A stretch of 54,890 nt of DNA, counting the filler, from Sphacelaria rigidula (lineage: Eukaryota), in NCBI GenBank assembly GCA_964200075.2. It is 4 parts of 4 records of this genome, joined end to end, with 100 filler letters (N's around TTAATTAATTAA, not from the genome) between each part and the next. Parts side by side here need not be neighbours in the genome. Positions count along the whole stretch, not along the records: positions 27,499 to 41,144 come from CAXNAA020002746.1; positions 41,245 to 54,890 come from CAXNAA020002747.1; 2 more parts are not named here. The stretch is one strand, 5' to 3'. Below, piece after piece: positions 33,678-47,300 of the stretch. A program made the position numbers and the translations under genes. The notes under the pieces are model-generated. The model was not told the DNA's origin. It saw only the letters and a program-made list of their open reading frames with translations, and did no database searches. Numbering within the stretch: position 1 is the stretch's first letter; the number at the start of each line of letters is the position of its first letter.

Positions 33678-34194
33678 GATATTGTTGCTACTGGTTGTAG
33701 TGGTTTCTCCGTAGGGACAAAGGCCCACGAGGGAAAACAACTTCAGGAGCCGCACTCAAAAGGATAGCGAAGAGATATGAGCGATAGCTGCACCCAGTTC
33801 GCCCGCGAATTGTCCCAGGAAGACCAGCCTACTGTATGTGATGAGATGAAGGGAGACAGCGATTGTACACACTGCATGAACCCGGATTTTGGTCGGGGCG
33901 ATTGCCCCTACCGTGGTGATAGCCCGTGTGTGAGGGCAAAAATGCAGCAGGTGTCCCGCATGATGCTCGTCGTCCGTCGGAGGACGAAATCATATATATC
34001 TTTCACCTGTTCACCAACAAAGCACAGCGCCACCAAACAGACTGCCCGACGTTCTCAGCACCGCGATGCCAGTGTCCGCCTACGAGAATTCCGCCTTCGA
34101 CAGTGTCACTGCGACTCCCCAAAGCTATTCTCGACGCCACAAACAAAAGCCCTACCGACGTAACTCACCCTCGTACCCCCCAGAAAACCCAATG

Positions 34195-34292
34195 AGCCTG
34201 GTCCGGCGAAAACCCGGCGTGCTCCGTCCCGGCTTTGTAGGGATGCGAGGTCAATGGTCTCATGACTACGGCATGCACGATCATGAGTACAC
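34195..34292 (+). mobile_element. LINE-like 3' tip (family B)
   Basis: Close match to 31683-31790 and 1-67. Confidence 0.7.
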
Positions 34293-36718
34293 CCAGAAAA
34301 CCCAAACCACCAAAATTGTTTTCACCCCTTACGACACTGTCCTAACCCCCCCCCCAAGAGCCCCCAAAACTAAAAACCTAAACTACTTGCAATTCGTCAC
34401 AAAAACGTCCTCACTCCACTCGCACTGTATACACTTTCCGTGAATCCGGAAATCGTCCAAGGTGTGGCGATGGCACAAAATCTTTGCTGTGTCCCAAAAC
34501 AAGATGAAACGGGGCCTTTCCCCTGGAACAGCTGAATTAGCCCTTTCCAACGACTAAAATAATGTGATTTCGATTATTTGTGTCCAGTTCTCGAGAAGAC
34601 GCGCTCGTCACTCCAACAAGGTAAAACGGCCAGTAGTCATTCTAGCTGCACCGCGATGCAGTAAACCCTTCCTTTCGAGCTGATGACGCCCTTGCCCCCG
34701 CTTCTGGCAATAAAATCGGAACATCAATCAGATGTCACGTACGTCCGAATTCCCCGACAGTGCTCGACAAGCATTGCCTTTCATGACGCCGTTGCAGGAT
34801 TAGCGCGTGTTTCTGTTCAGCGTTGAGAATACTGTTGGGTAAAATGTGAGTCCGTCCACTCACGGGAGTGTTGTGGCTGACGTGTTACACTTATCGGTTT
34901 GCTTCAGTTGCTTCCCGAGTTGAACTCGCTCATATCCGTTTCACACAGGGCGACAGGTAGCGGCGGACCAACGTGCACAAGCGGGAGTATGTATCCAAAC
35001 TGATCCAACCAAAAACAGAAGATACCCAGGGAAGATAACACATTCAGCACGCAACAGCACTATGATCGCCCCTACGTCTCGCCCCACGGTGTCCTACTGC
35101 CGTTTCCGCTCCCCCCGAGAGTGCGTAACACCAATCAACCACGAATATCGCCAACGTGCGTGATTGACGTTCTCCAAGCCCACAAAAAGAAACCACCCAC
35201 GCGTTCGGTTTTCGTGTCTCCGTAGAATATGACTACACCATATGCTCCATTGTATTGTCCCTCTGTAGAATGACCAACAGGCCCTACCACAGCAAGTAAG
35301 TAGACATGAAATGGCACAAACTCTGCGCATTCAACGGTGGGGACCTGCTTGGCTGATGGCGTCGCTGAGATCCTGCGCGGCACGCATAGAATATGTACCA
35401 ATACCATCGCAAACTTTCACCCTGGAAATGACAATCTTGCCCCGTTCCGTATCTTCATGTCCGGGACAAGAACACTATTGCCGCCCGGTCTTCACGCTTA
35501 AAATTGCGCCCAACTCACCAGCCAAACTGTTCTCACAATTCCAGGGAGTCGGGAACGAACCAAAAGTAAAGGAAACACACGACTTGCGCCACTACGTGAC
35601 AACTGCGTTTTGTCTAGTTCCCCTTCTCGGTCACCGTCAGCACTTTACCCGGCAAGACATTCATATGTGCGCTCCGGCTTTTACTTCAGGCTTGAATCAC
35701 AATGACCTATAACCCTTGGCTGCTACTTACCTTGCTTCTTGCCTATCTAACTACACAAGTAGTGAAAGCCTCTCCCATACTGTACCTACGTGCTGCCGTA
35801 CAGTATCATTCTTCACAGCATTTTGAAGAGCACCATGCCAAATTCCAGAGTATACTCCATCGCCGCTAGACCACGGCCAAAGTCCCGCAAAATCAATCCC
35901 ATAGCATCGGCATTTTTTGAGAGCACCCTATTAATAGCACATGTATCCATGTTTCTAGTGGACAGGTACACAGCTCGCGAAGAAGGTACGGAACGCCGAT
36001 GAAAACGGGATTTTCAACGACATCAGTATCTCCAAATTCTCACGAAGGAATACCACAGGAATACATCCCATTCCGGCATCCTGCTGCACTGCAAATTTTG
36101 AAGGCAACCACGCTATTAATAGTAAACCGAGTAGTGTAGTACCTTCCTCACACTCTGTACTGATCTTCGCTGAGCCAACGCCTTTTTACAAAGCTACATC
36201 ATCCACGGTGTCACCACGCAACACTACGAACTCACACGTACGCTCAGGGAACGTAACGGAAAAACCACTTCACTTTGCCTCTTACATCTTAGAATAAAAA
36301 GAAAACGCACACGCAAGCGCCGGATATCCCTTTACGACTGTTGCACGCAAGAAAACGTATCGTGTGATGGAACGGCTTGCGTGGAAATCTTGGTTCGAGG
36401 GCTGAGAGTGCTCTCCTACTATATATATATATATACAGAGGATACAATCGGGTTACCCTGGTCTAGCCCCTATCCTGGACATGTAGGCCAGCAAGTAAGC
36501 CAGCAAGCACGGAAGAGCGCACCCACTCTCCTCACTCCACCGAGCTCATCACATCCTCCCGGCATTGCACGAACGCGAGGTGATTAATTAATGACCACGT
36601 CGACATGTGGTACGGTATCACGCGTGACTCCGCCCGAGTCGGGGATGCGGCGGGAGTGAAGAGTAACCATGGCTAGTGCAGCACGGCATTAGAGTAGGCT
36701 ACAGTTTGCGCTTGACAG

Positions 36719-39264
36719 TCAAGTGCACATCTGCATCATCCCCGGCATCAGCAAAGAGCCGTTTCGTAGCACTGGCCGGGCTGGAGGAGGCTGAGGGGCG
36801 CTTGCACGGAGTGGGCTTCGCGGCACAGTACTGCGCAGTGATCGTACCAACAGAGAACGAGCATCGGGGAGGGGGGAGAGGGGACGGTGGATGTCCGGCG
36901 CGTTTTCACTGTAAGAAAATACGACACGATTATACGGTACTGCTAGTACATGCATGCTGTCCTTGGAGCCAAGTCAACTACTTCTACACACTCATTGTAC
37001 GGCTGTGACGGTCTTACAACATTTGGTCGTCCAAGGTGAACCAGTTAGCCAACACCTTTCCACAAAGTGCCCTCTAGTTTGCATGTCTTCATGTTTACCC
37101 CAAAGCCCAGAGTCACCGTCTCGTCACGTCGACCAGAGACAGACCCAGCTGCTACATCATTTTTTTCATTACAGGAGCGTTACTAGAAATTAGCCTGGCG
37201 ATTTTCTTGTTCTTCGCTCGCTCTTCTTTGTTCTTGTGTTTTTCTCGTCATTTTCCATCTTCCCCTCACCACCGAGTTTCCTTCGACAACTGTTTTCTTT
37301 TCTTCACCTTCGGCATGCCTATCTTGTGACCACAGCTCGATTCATCGAGGATCCGCCATTGAACGTGCGCCATTGAATCAAAACAATCATCAAGTCAGTC
37401 GATAGATACACAAAAATACCTTGATGGTTATTCAACTGCATGCTTTACAAAGTCTTCGTTACCTCGTCGTAGTCATCGTAGTCACTCTCGTCCTCCTCCT
37501 CACAGCTACGGAACTTGCTCCCCGAGCACGGCGTCCCCATCTGCACCGCGCGTGCCGGAGGCGTGGCACACAGTTCCAACCATCTCTCCCCTTTACCGCT
37601 CTCACCACCACCCCCGCCCCCACCGACAGATTTCATTGGTGTACGACACAACGGGTCCTCGCCCATCGCCGACCCCCCGCCCGTCCCGTCCGCACCCTCC
37701 TGCTTGTGCTTTTGCCGGCTGGGATCATCCCGCCGAGACGAATTGTTGAGGAGAAACTCGGGCCTGTTTTCTTCTCCTTCTTGTTTTCGCGACGCGAAGC
37801 CTCCAGCGTCAGCCTCATCGCCCCCCTTGCGGGTGGTGTTATCTTCTCTGCCCCCGACCCTGCACACCGAATACGGACTGCTGTACCGGGGGTTCGTGGT
37901 GGCTGCGGGAGGAGACACCGCATCGAACATCCCGGGGGGCGGCACCACTGCCGACAGTCGCGCCGGGCGGGTGTTCCCGCTTGTTCCCTCTTTCAGCCCC
38001 TCCGCCGCCGCGGAGCTGTCAGCACCGCTCAACATTGCCGCAGATGAAGAGGTATCAGACCCACAGTCACCGTGCCCTGTGCCTGCGGCAGAACTACGGG
38101 CATAGATACCATCGGTGCGACTACCGCCATTGGATGGGTAACTGCCATCACTACCGGAATGGTTGGCAGCGCTCGAGCGCCGCGCGGGCGCACCAGGGGT
38201 GATGGTGCGGTCTACTCCTCTCCGGAGGGACAGCTTCGCCTGCACACTACGGCTGATGGAGTGCCTTCCAATTTGCTCCACCGGTGTTCCGAGGGTCACG
38301 CGGAGGGCGCTACTGCCCAACGGGCCTTTGAGTCTGGGTACCTCAGTCTTACATCTGGGTTTCTGAAAGGATACCAACGACGCGGCCGCTTGGAGGGCAT
38401 CTGTAGACTCCCCGGCGTTGTTGGGCGGAGCGTGGCTACTGCTTGAGCTCACTGCCGATCCTTCGTACCATGGCTCCGAGTTCTGATTCTGCGCCCAGGA
38501 TGTTTCCGAGTCAACGGAACACGAGCGTTGCTTCCTACCCCCGGCGCAGCTGCTTGAGGGGCGTTGTCTTGGGCGATGTCGCGAGTCGATTGGGGTGAAA
38601 ACATCCGCGAGGGGCACCCCATCAGGAGCAGCGGTAGACGTCCCTTCAGAAGCAGCACCGGTGACGGCTGCCGCGGCGGCGCCACAAGCCACACCCCAAG
38701 CATTTTCCCTATTTTCCTCATGAGATGAAGTATGTGCCACACTGTTTTCTTCTGCTCGGACGGCCTCGGCCTCCTCCCCTTTCCCTCTCCCAATATTATC
38801 GGCATCGTCGCCATTGGCTCTGCGGTCATCCACACTTTCGTGGTCGCTTGGCTCCGCACTAAAAGACGACCAGACTCGCGAATTTGTGCCCATGAGGTCA
38901 TCGCACGGTGGAAGGGACAACAATGCTCGGGTGGTGGGCGACACGCTGCTCAGGCTGCTGTGCGGAGAGAACAGTGGCAGCAGACCCGCATCCAACTCGC
39001 CGTCGTAGCCACAGTACAGCGACGTTTCGAGCATGGTGGGCGACATCACCAGGTGGTCGCAGGGCAGATTCGCGGGGTCGGTGTTGCTGCTGTAGCCTCC
39101 CGTCGCGGACATGTTTTTTGGTGTGATCGCATCGTCCGACTTCCGAGAACAGAGTCCGATATAAACAGCGGGGTTTTCGAGTTGCGCAGGGGGGGGGGGG
39201 CGGGTTCGGGGGATCGNNNNNNNNNNGTGCGGTAGGTGCGTGTGCGCGGGGGGGGGGGGGGGGT

Positions 39265-39300
<36 letters not shown>

Positions 39301-40635
39301 CGGCGGGTTCGGGAGGTTTTCGAGTGGTCAGAAGCGTGTGATGGTGCAATGAACGACATGCGGCATCGCTTACAGAGATCCCAAATCACAAAATATCGTA
39401 ATGGGGGCATTCAAGAAAAGCAGCCACCATGACGGCGAAGTTATTGCTCCTAAGGAAGGCTATTCATTCTCATACGGCCTGCATTCATCCTGCTTTCCAA
39501 CAACGAGCAAATGCGACCGTCTGCAGGTGGCAGGGAGTGGAACACGCCAAATGATATAATCAGTGATGGAGGGCGGCGGAGCGGACATCGCGTCACCTTC
39601 GGTGAAGCCTCTTGCCCTGCTGCTGTCTTGGCATTTCGCTCGCGTTTGGTGGCCTTTGCAAAACCTGACGGCGCTGCGCCTGCAGTGTTGTTGCCTGCGG
39701 AAGACTTCCTCTTCGCAGGTGCAGATTGCCGCCTGCGAGCGCGACAGCAGAGTCAGGGAGAGCAGATCAGTCATATACCCACAAAGAGCAATATTACCGT
39801 GGAAACGAATCATGGTTGAGGGAATAACTAACGCCGGACATTCACCGCTCGTTTGAGGCCTTGACGTCCCACCGCCTTGGGACGACGTTATGGTTGTTGA
39901 CGAGGCAACTAAGGTCACTCTCTCATGAAACAGCAGCAGCACGTTGCTGTGGATTCTAAAAACGCACAGTACATAGAGCAAACTTGGCAGTCGCTTCGGC
40001 ACCCTCACCTTCGCTTCATCGCTGGCGCAGCACCCGCCTCACCATCACCGGCATCAATCTCACCGACCCCGCGTTTCTCGGCCCGAGCCTCCTTCCGCCC
40101 ATTATGAACTTGAACACCCACACCCACACCCACACCAACATCAATATCTACAATGTCGTCTTTCTGGTCGCCTTTCCCCGGATCACAGTCCGACCTCTCC
40201 TCCTCAAGTCTCATGCCAACTCCAGCCCCGTCGCCCTCCGCCACAGCCTCGCCACCACTGCCGGCACTGCCCCCCGAACACCCTGCGTAGTCATCATTCC
40301 CCATTGCGGAACAGTCTACGGAACGGTCGACGGAAAGATCACCGTTGCTACTGCCGCTCAGGGTTCGGCCGTTACGGCCCCTTTTGGCGGTCGGTCGTTT
40401 CTCCGGAGGCTGCCCTTTCGGTTGTTCCGCAGGGGTTAGACGTGTGACGTCATTTGCCACCGCTGAGTTGAGCAACTCCTTCGCAGTGCCCGCAGCGGGA
40501 CCCGTGGTTTGGCTCACGACTTTGTGACTAGACACACAGGTTTTGGACTTGGTGCCGCTGCCCTTTGGCCGCCCCTGCGCTACGCCAGACATCTTACTGC
40601 ACCGAACGGCCCGCACTGCTCCCTCGATATCTCCC
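36719..40635 (-). CDS. 3' part (>=~890 aa) of a large low-complexity Ser/Gly/Ala-rich protein of unknown function
   Basis: Phase-compatible exons 40635-40009, 39732-39597, 39139-37463, 37322-37270, 36908-36719 (stop). One exon is 1677 nt and fully open. Basic clusters PAKRKSS and PKVKKRKQ. No recognisable folded domain in the visible part. Confidence 0.72.
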
Positions 40636-40989
40636 CTTCAGGCGGTAATGGTTCAGCACAGAGGTGGTGCACATATTCGCCAGGAGGGGGGGGGGCAGAG
40701 AGCAGGGGGGGGCGTCGGAATATCGATTCGAATAGACGATCCTCGCATATTCAAGTGGCAAGTCCAATCTTTGCAGATGTGAGTCCCTGAATGTATACAT
40801 GAATGTAAGACCCCTGAGCCGATCGCATGCAGGCTGTTGGACCAATCAGATCCCCATGCAACATCCACTCTGGATGGGTGCATGAACCTGCGGTGCATGT
40901 GTCGTGCAGAGAACGCTCGCAAAACTCCCGTGGACGGCACGGTTTAACGAGGGAATATTGGCGGCGGGATCGCGGGAACCGACCCTTCA

Positions 40990-41144
40990 TGTGTGTGTGT
41001 GTGTGTTGTCGTCCCATCTATTCTGGGCGCCGGTCTACATCTTTCGGTATATGTGGGCGCACCAGCCGGGGTCACACAGGAGGAAGGTCAACACAGGAGC
41101 TTTTTTCATTTGTTTTCAATACCCCACCTTCCTTCTGCGGTGCT
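40990..41144 (-). mobile_element. Retroposon 3' end with (CA)n tail (family D)
   Basis: (GT)n-CCCATC..GGTCTACA.CTTTCGGTATATGTGGGCGCACCAGCCGGGGT.ACACAGGAGGAAGG is nearly identical to 48570-48725. Confidence 0.75.
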
Positions 41145-41244
41145 NNNNNNNNNNNNNNNNNNNNNNNNNNNNNNNNNNNNNNNNNNNNTTAATTAATTAA
41201 NNNNNNNNNNNNNNNNNNNNNNNNNNNNNNNNNNNNNNNNNNNN
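41145..41244. other. Artificial contig-joining linker
   Basis: N44-TTAATTAATTAA-N44. Confidence 0.98.
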
Positions 41245-41399
41245 GGAGGGCAAGAATTAATGTTTAAAAAAAAAAAAAGGGGTTTTGCCCCTGGGCTTGG
41301 TTCGCCGGGTTCCCCACAAGCCCCCCCCCCCCCCCCCCCCTCCCCCGTCTACCGCGCTAATGAGCCAAGAGCAGATGTCTTGTGTGTCCATTACTTCAC

Positions 41400-44300
41400 C
41401 TCCTGAGGCATGGTACCGTAAACAACGGAAAGGTTGACTCCGGCCTTCTCGAAGATCTTTCCCCCTGTCAATACGCGAGAGATTCCGCCCCCCCCGTTCG
41501 GCCGCACCCACGCGTCTTCTTGGAACTTCCCGGAAAACGACACAACGGGGGCAAACACACACACCAAATATATCAAGGTTAGGTTGGGATAGGGTACCAT
41601 GCCTGAGGGTGCCCGGACTATCGGCTGCTGGAAATGCTGAGTATTACCGAGCAACTGGGGGGTACCGACCGCGGAATACTCCAGCGAACGTGAGCCATCG
41701 TCTTGAGAGAAAAGTCGAGAATTTAAGGTTGCTCTACACTATGGTACCAGACTCCATATCCTCACCATCTTCGGAGTCTTTTTACTGGAGAGCAAGACAA
41801 GTTTTCACGCTTTCGGGCCGCGACAACGGTCATCACGAGGAGGTATCACATTCATACATTGACACGTGGGCACACGTTGGTTGTCAGTGCAATTAACAGC
41901 AACAGGAGCGAGCTGACCTACGTCACGTACGTCCATCAAAAACCAGATGTCAACGAAGCAGCAGATCTTGCCGGCTAACAGGCACATGTGAACAACACAT
42001 GCATAACACACAACATAACTCATGCGGCGAAAGCGATGTCGAGGTTTCGCCATACTAGGGCCCGGTATTCCGCGATGTCCTGCCGCAGTGCAGTCGACAC
42101 TATTTTTTCGCAAGTAAAACCCACTACGGTATCCTCCAGCGAAGCGGCATAGTGCGGGGTGTAACCCATGGCGCGGCGACGCCGCGTTCCGGTTGGCAAC
42201 CCGTCGTACCATGGTGGGATCCGCCGTACCTCTCCCCTCCACGAAGTAGGTGAACAGCTGACTGACAGTCGGATTCTTTCAAACGGAACGTTCGGGTTAT
42301 TTTCCCACCCTTTCAAATGTGGGAAGAAGGCAAAAGATCACCTTGCCCTCGCCGTCCAACTCCTCGATTCGCTTGCAGATGTCATTTTGGGCCGAGCGGC
42401 AGAGGGCTTCGAATTTGGCCCTCATAGAGTCGTTGCCCTCCAGCTCCCGCACCAAAGTGTCCGGTACATCCTTCACCGCCTACGTGTACACCCCACAACA
42501 GAATAGAAACAGCAACAAGCAGGAAGCAACTTGACCGAGAGACATGAACAACACCATCCATTGATGCATCAACCATCGAGACAACATGACAAGACTCCAC
42601 CAAAAAACACTGGACAACGCACGATACCCTAAATCCCTCACTGGGTGAACATGTCAAGGTTTCCACTTTGCTCAAGCGCGAAAAGCGTGTGTGTGGGGGA
42701 GGCGGGGGCGGGGGCGAGCCGAATAAATCCAACTCCAAATGTTTAGGGCGTCAAATCCAGTTGGACCCGTGACCTCAAGTTGACCAAAAGCTGCTAGGAG
42801 CCCGCCTACTAGAGTTCTCCGTTTGAGGATGCACACTGCCGAGAGATTGACGACGGTTGACCACGGACCGGAAAACTTGTTGGATATGGCTATCACGAAG
42901 AGTGCACATCGGCGCAAGCTACGCAATAGCCTGAAGATGACCATTCCTGCTCATAGAAAACCGAGCAGGGAACGATCAGGTAACCTACTGAGTATCTAAG
43001 TGAATCAGGTGTCGCTCAGCATGAACGCCACTTGTTGCCCAACAAAACCGTCCGTGCCGCTAACAAGGTCAGAAACGGGAGAGGGGGTTGGGTTGAGGCC
43101 ATTACCTGCGAGAGATGAGAGCTTTCATGAATGATCGTCGTATAAGAACCAATGAAAACAGTGACTACACAAGAGCCTCGACAACGGAGCCACGTGGTCG
43201 ACATGAGTTGGAGAGCGGCACCGTGACAGAAACAAAAAAAACAGCAGCCAAGACCGTCATCGATATCCATATCTTGACAAAATCACGAACGTCTCAACCG
43301 TTCTTAAATTAAACACCCGAACCACCAAGCACAGTCTCCCTCTCACCATCCTATAGCATGTTAATGATCAGGAAAACGCACGTCACCTTGTGAGTGTCCC
43401 AGCCGATGCTAGGTGCCGCTGTAGACTGTGGAGTTGACGACATCGCCGCCTGCGATATCACAGCAAAATAAAAGTGCAGGAGACGAAATACAGTACAGCA
43501 AATGCGTCAAGTCACGAATCACCTGAAAAATGGAAACCAAGGCAAACACGGCATGGCGTGGGTGACCCTGGTTCTCATCGAGCGACAACTTTCACAGCAC
43601 CCGTCTGCGATCTTTCAGCCAGCATGTGTCATTTTCCAGAAGGATCCATGATCGGACTCGGCCGTGCACCCCGTATTGTGTCATGGATTTCAAGCCCATC
43701 CATCAGGTGAAGTTGAGGTCTCGATTCCTTAGACCCACTATTATGGCAACGAATCTTGAGTTTTTCGGGATCCCGATTTTGAAAAAATCGGGAGGACTCA
43801 AATTCGTGGACTCAAAATGGGGGGACCGTTTTATGGCACAGACAGTACAGTATCACAGATTTGTGAAACGATTATCTTCACAGACGATCATTTTTTGCAT
43901 GAGTGTGGTACTGCATACTCGTGCATGAAGCCCAACAGCAGGCAGGCGGTAAACAATCCTTCGAGTACAGTGCCGTGCCTTGGTTCCCTAGGGCAATACA
44001 GTACAGGGCACCACATCCGTACAGTACATGATGATGCCGTGTGGTTGTACATGATCACGCAGCCGGTATTGCGAGCACAGAGAACAAACAGTGAGCGAGC
44101 AGAGTTCAGTAGTGCAGCGCCGTAGATCACCCCTCAAGTACAGCGACAACAGCTGGGAGAGTACAGTAGCATTCGTTATGGTGATACATATGGCAGCGCA
44201 GAGCAGCATAAAATATTGCTATCGCCGCAGGGTATGGCGTCAGCACTTGTTATCCGCTTGTCAAACCCCGTGCGAAGTTGCTTCAGCAGCTGGGGCGGGC

Positions 44301-47300
44301 GGTAGGCACGCCCTGCTCTGTCACGAGAATGTCTTCATGAATAGTTATCCATCCACTCGGCTGGTCTGATTAGTTGCTCTCGTGCTGGTTTGGTTGGGCT
44401 GGGCTACCTCTTCGTGTTAGATGACATACTGTAACCATGCTTACTTGCGGAAAGCGTTGCACCCGCTCCATCGTGTTTCATGAGCATTCTTCTACTTACA
44501 ACAGTTTCCTGTTCTGTTGCGCTACCGCACCATGTCACACTACTGCACCATGTCACTAGCTGCGTGATAGCATGTCACAAAGCCGAGTCAAGTCACCACG
44601 GTTTTACAGAAAACAAGGAGGAGATAGTTCAGTGCAAATTCGTACCATGTGAAATTTCAGACAAATTCATGCCGGGTTCTCGCACAAACTCTACCGAGAC
44701 TTCCGTCAACCCTTTATCCCACAAAACTTCGATTTGAGTCCTGGCTTGTATCACGACGTTCTCACCTGTCCCTTTGCTACTCTGTAATTCGTCTGAAGAA
44801 TGAAGAATGGCAATTTTGACAAACCAAGAAATAAAAAAACCGGAATCGACGTGCAGTCTGCATGCTCTCACAGCATAGTGTACTGTACCAAGCCTGCAGC
44901 AACATCACCATCGACACGAAAGTCGCCTGCATCACATATAAACCTCGCGGCGGCCGTGTCAATTCATGTAATTCATGCACCACACCACCCCCATGACTGC
45001 CATGGTAGATGTCATCTTGACATATCTTCATATTGATATGGGCTGATACCAGATGGACATCTCTGATCGTTGGCTACAGCACTGAAGGCTCTTGAGGAGG
45101 TCAGCGGGGGTCAAGCCCTCTCTACACGGCGCCGCATGCCGCATGGCTTAGGCAGAGAACGCACAAGGTCGAGGTGGAGCATGACGGAACACTATAAAAT
45201 ATATTATATCAGAACACTACATCGACACCGAGAACCGATAGCATATACTAATATCAAAATGCAGTATTGATTCTTAAAAAACTGGCTGATACGATCAATA
45301 GTATTTGATAAATCGATTAAGGGGTCGGCTGATACCTGACGCACGTCCCCCAAAACACTCTTTGTTTTGTGAAAAAGTTGCCAAGATGAAAAGGCTTCGT
45401 TTCTTGTCTTGTTCTGGGGAGGGGGGGATCGCGGCGACCAATCAGAGGACATCTCCTGAGGTCTTTTGTTCGGAAGTTTATTCTCTTGTTCCATAGTACA
45501 TGGCATGAGGAGCGAACTAACAACTTCAGTGTTCGGAACCGCGTGTCGCGTCGGTTTTGATACGAATGGGATACAAGAACAAGAAATGAGGTTTCAAGCG
45601 GAGCTCAAAATCTCTGGGTAAAACTGGCCGGTTTCGATACTGCCGCAGCGCACAGCGACAACCGAGCCACATACAGCAACCCACTCTCCTCTGCCCCATA
45701 ACCACCATCCGACTGGGGACAGTTATGTCAGGGTAAGTTACCCCCAACCAGCAACCAACGACACAACCACACGTGGGAGAGCGTGGGATGACCCGAAGAC
45801 TAGTCTTCTAGTGTGTGCGTTGTGCCGGTGGTCATGCAACAGACGAACTGGACAGTGTGCCACTTCGACAGTGTTGAACTCAAATCTCAGCCTCGCCGCA
45901 GCTGAGTGTTGCCCCGTACTGGGAACAAAATTCAACCTGTAAGCTACAGAATGCTACCCGAAGCTGGGGCACCGTCGTGGAAACCGCCCATGGAAATGAG
46001 ACATGTGTGAGCAAGTGCCAGATTCGGCGGGCTGGAGCTATAAGAACGGCCGACGCAGGCTGGGATGGCTGCACCTTCCCCGTAATACCTAGACTCAATG
46101 CGAGTACCATGATCGACATGCCAAGGATAAATCGGAACACATTGTGTACGCGCGTTTTTTTTTGCCCAAGGTCTTTTATCACCTGAAGCCGTGCTGCGGA
46201 GGTCGGTCATTCCCAGCTCTACTCATTGTGATGTGTATTTTTTTCCCAGCTGTTGTCGTTCTCCTCATTTCCTTTTTATGCTCGGCTTTTTTTTGTGTCC
46301 TTTATTTTGACTCCGTTCGTTCCATCATTCTCTTGTTTTGTACCGCCTTTCTTTTTTAGCGAGCGGTTTCTGTTGCTCACCTCGGGTACGCCCATCTTGT
46401 GACCACAGTAACAATACACCAATACATCAGTACGGTCCCTCGGAGATCACTTAGTGTGCCACTGTCATTCAATCAATCGATCAACCCGATTGTGGTACCC
46501 TGGTGCATGCACAACTGTCTATGAAACGCTCTGCTGACTGAACCAACAGTCGGCCGAACAAGCTTCAAGATATTCCCATACGAAGAGTTTCCTTCCTGCA
46601 CCAAAACCCGACATTAGAAAATTAAATTGTACACGACCAGGGAGTTTTTCCCGGCTACATCCCGCAGCGTGAAAATCCCGAAATCCCGCTCATCCGCGCG
46701 CCGTGAAAATATTGCAAGGGCAGGTCGGGTAGGGTGTGTGCTGTAGAATAGTCGGGTAAAATACCCGGGTGTTTACTCTACCTAAGCTTTGAGGTAGATT
46801 GGGTACCGCCTCAAATACTCTACCCAAATTGTGGGTAGATTGAGTACGACCTCAAATGCTTGACTCAAACATTGGGTAGGCACTTTCAGTAATACCTGGG
46901 GATAGAGCATCACTTGGCTACATTGGGTCTATCTAAAATACTTTACCCAGTTTTTGGGAAGATTATATACGATTTCAGTACTGCACCCAAATAATGGGTA
47001 AGACCGTCTCATCACATCATTTTTCGGTCGAAAAAAAGTGCGGTGGGATTGATCCGAGTGAAATCGTCCATTTCTCGCGAGTTGGGTCCAAGCGAAGTTT
47101 CAGGTTTTCGATCGGAAAAAGATTGAGAGTCGTGAAGCGGTACTTATTCGCTTGCGTACAGTGCAGTACTGTACTGCCTGCACTGTGTGCATACAGCGTG
47201 CCTGAGTGTGTGTGTGCGTGTTTCGTACAGTAGGATGTGGAAGAGAAGCGGGCAACGTGCAGAGAAAACAGCGCAGGGCTATTTGTGATCTCTGCTCAAC

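Noticed and set aside
37421-39235. Plus-strand ORFs overlapping the long minus-strand exon
   Set aside because: Antisense shadows of GC-rich coding sequence; splice signals support the minus strand.
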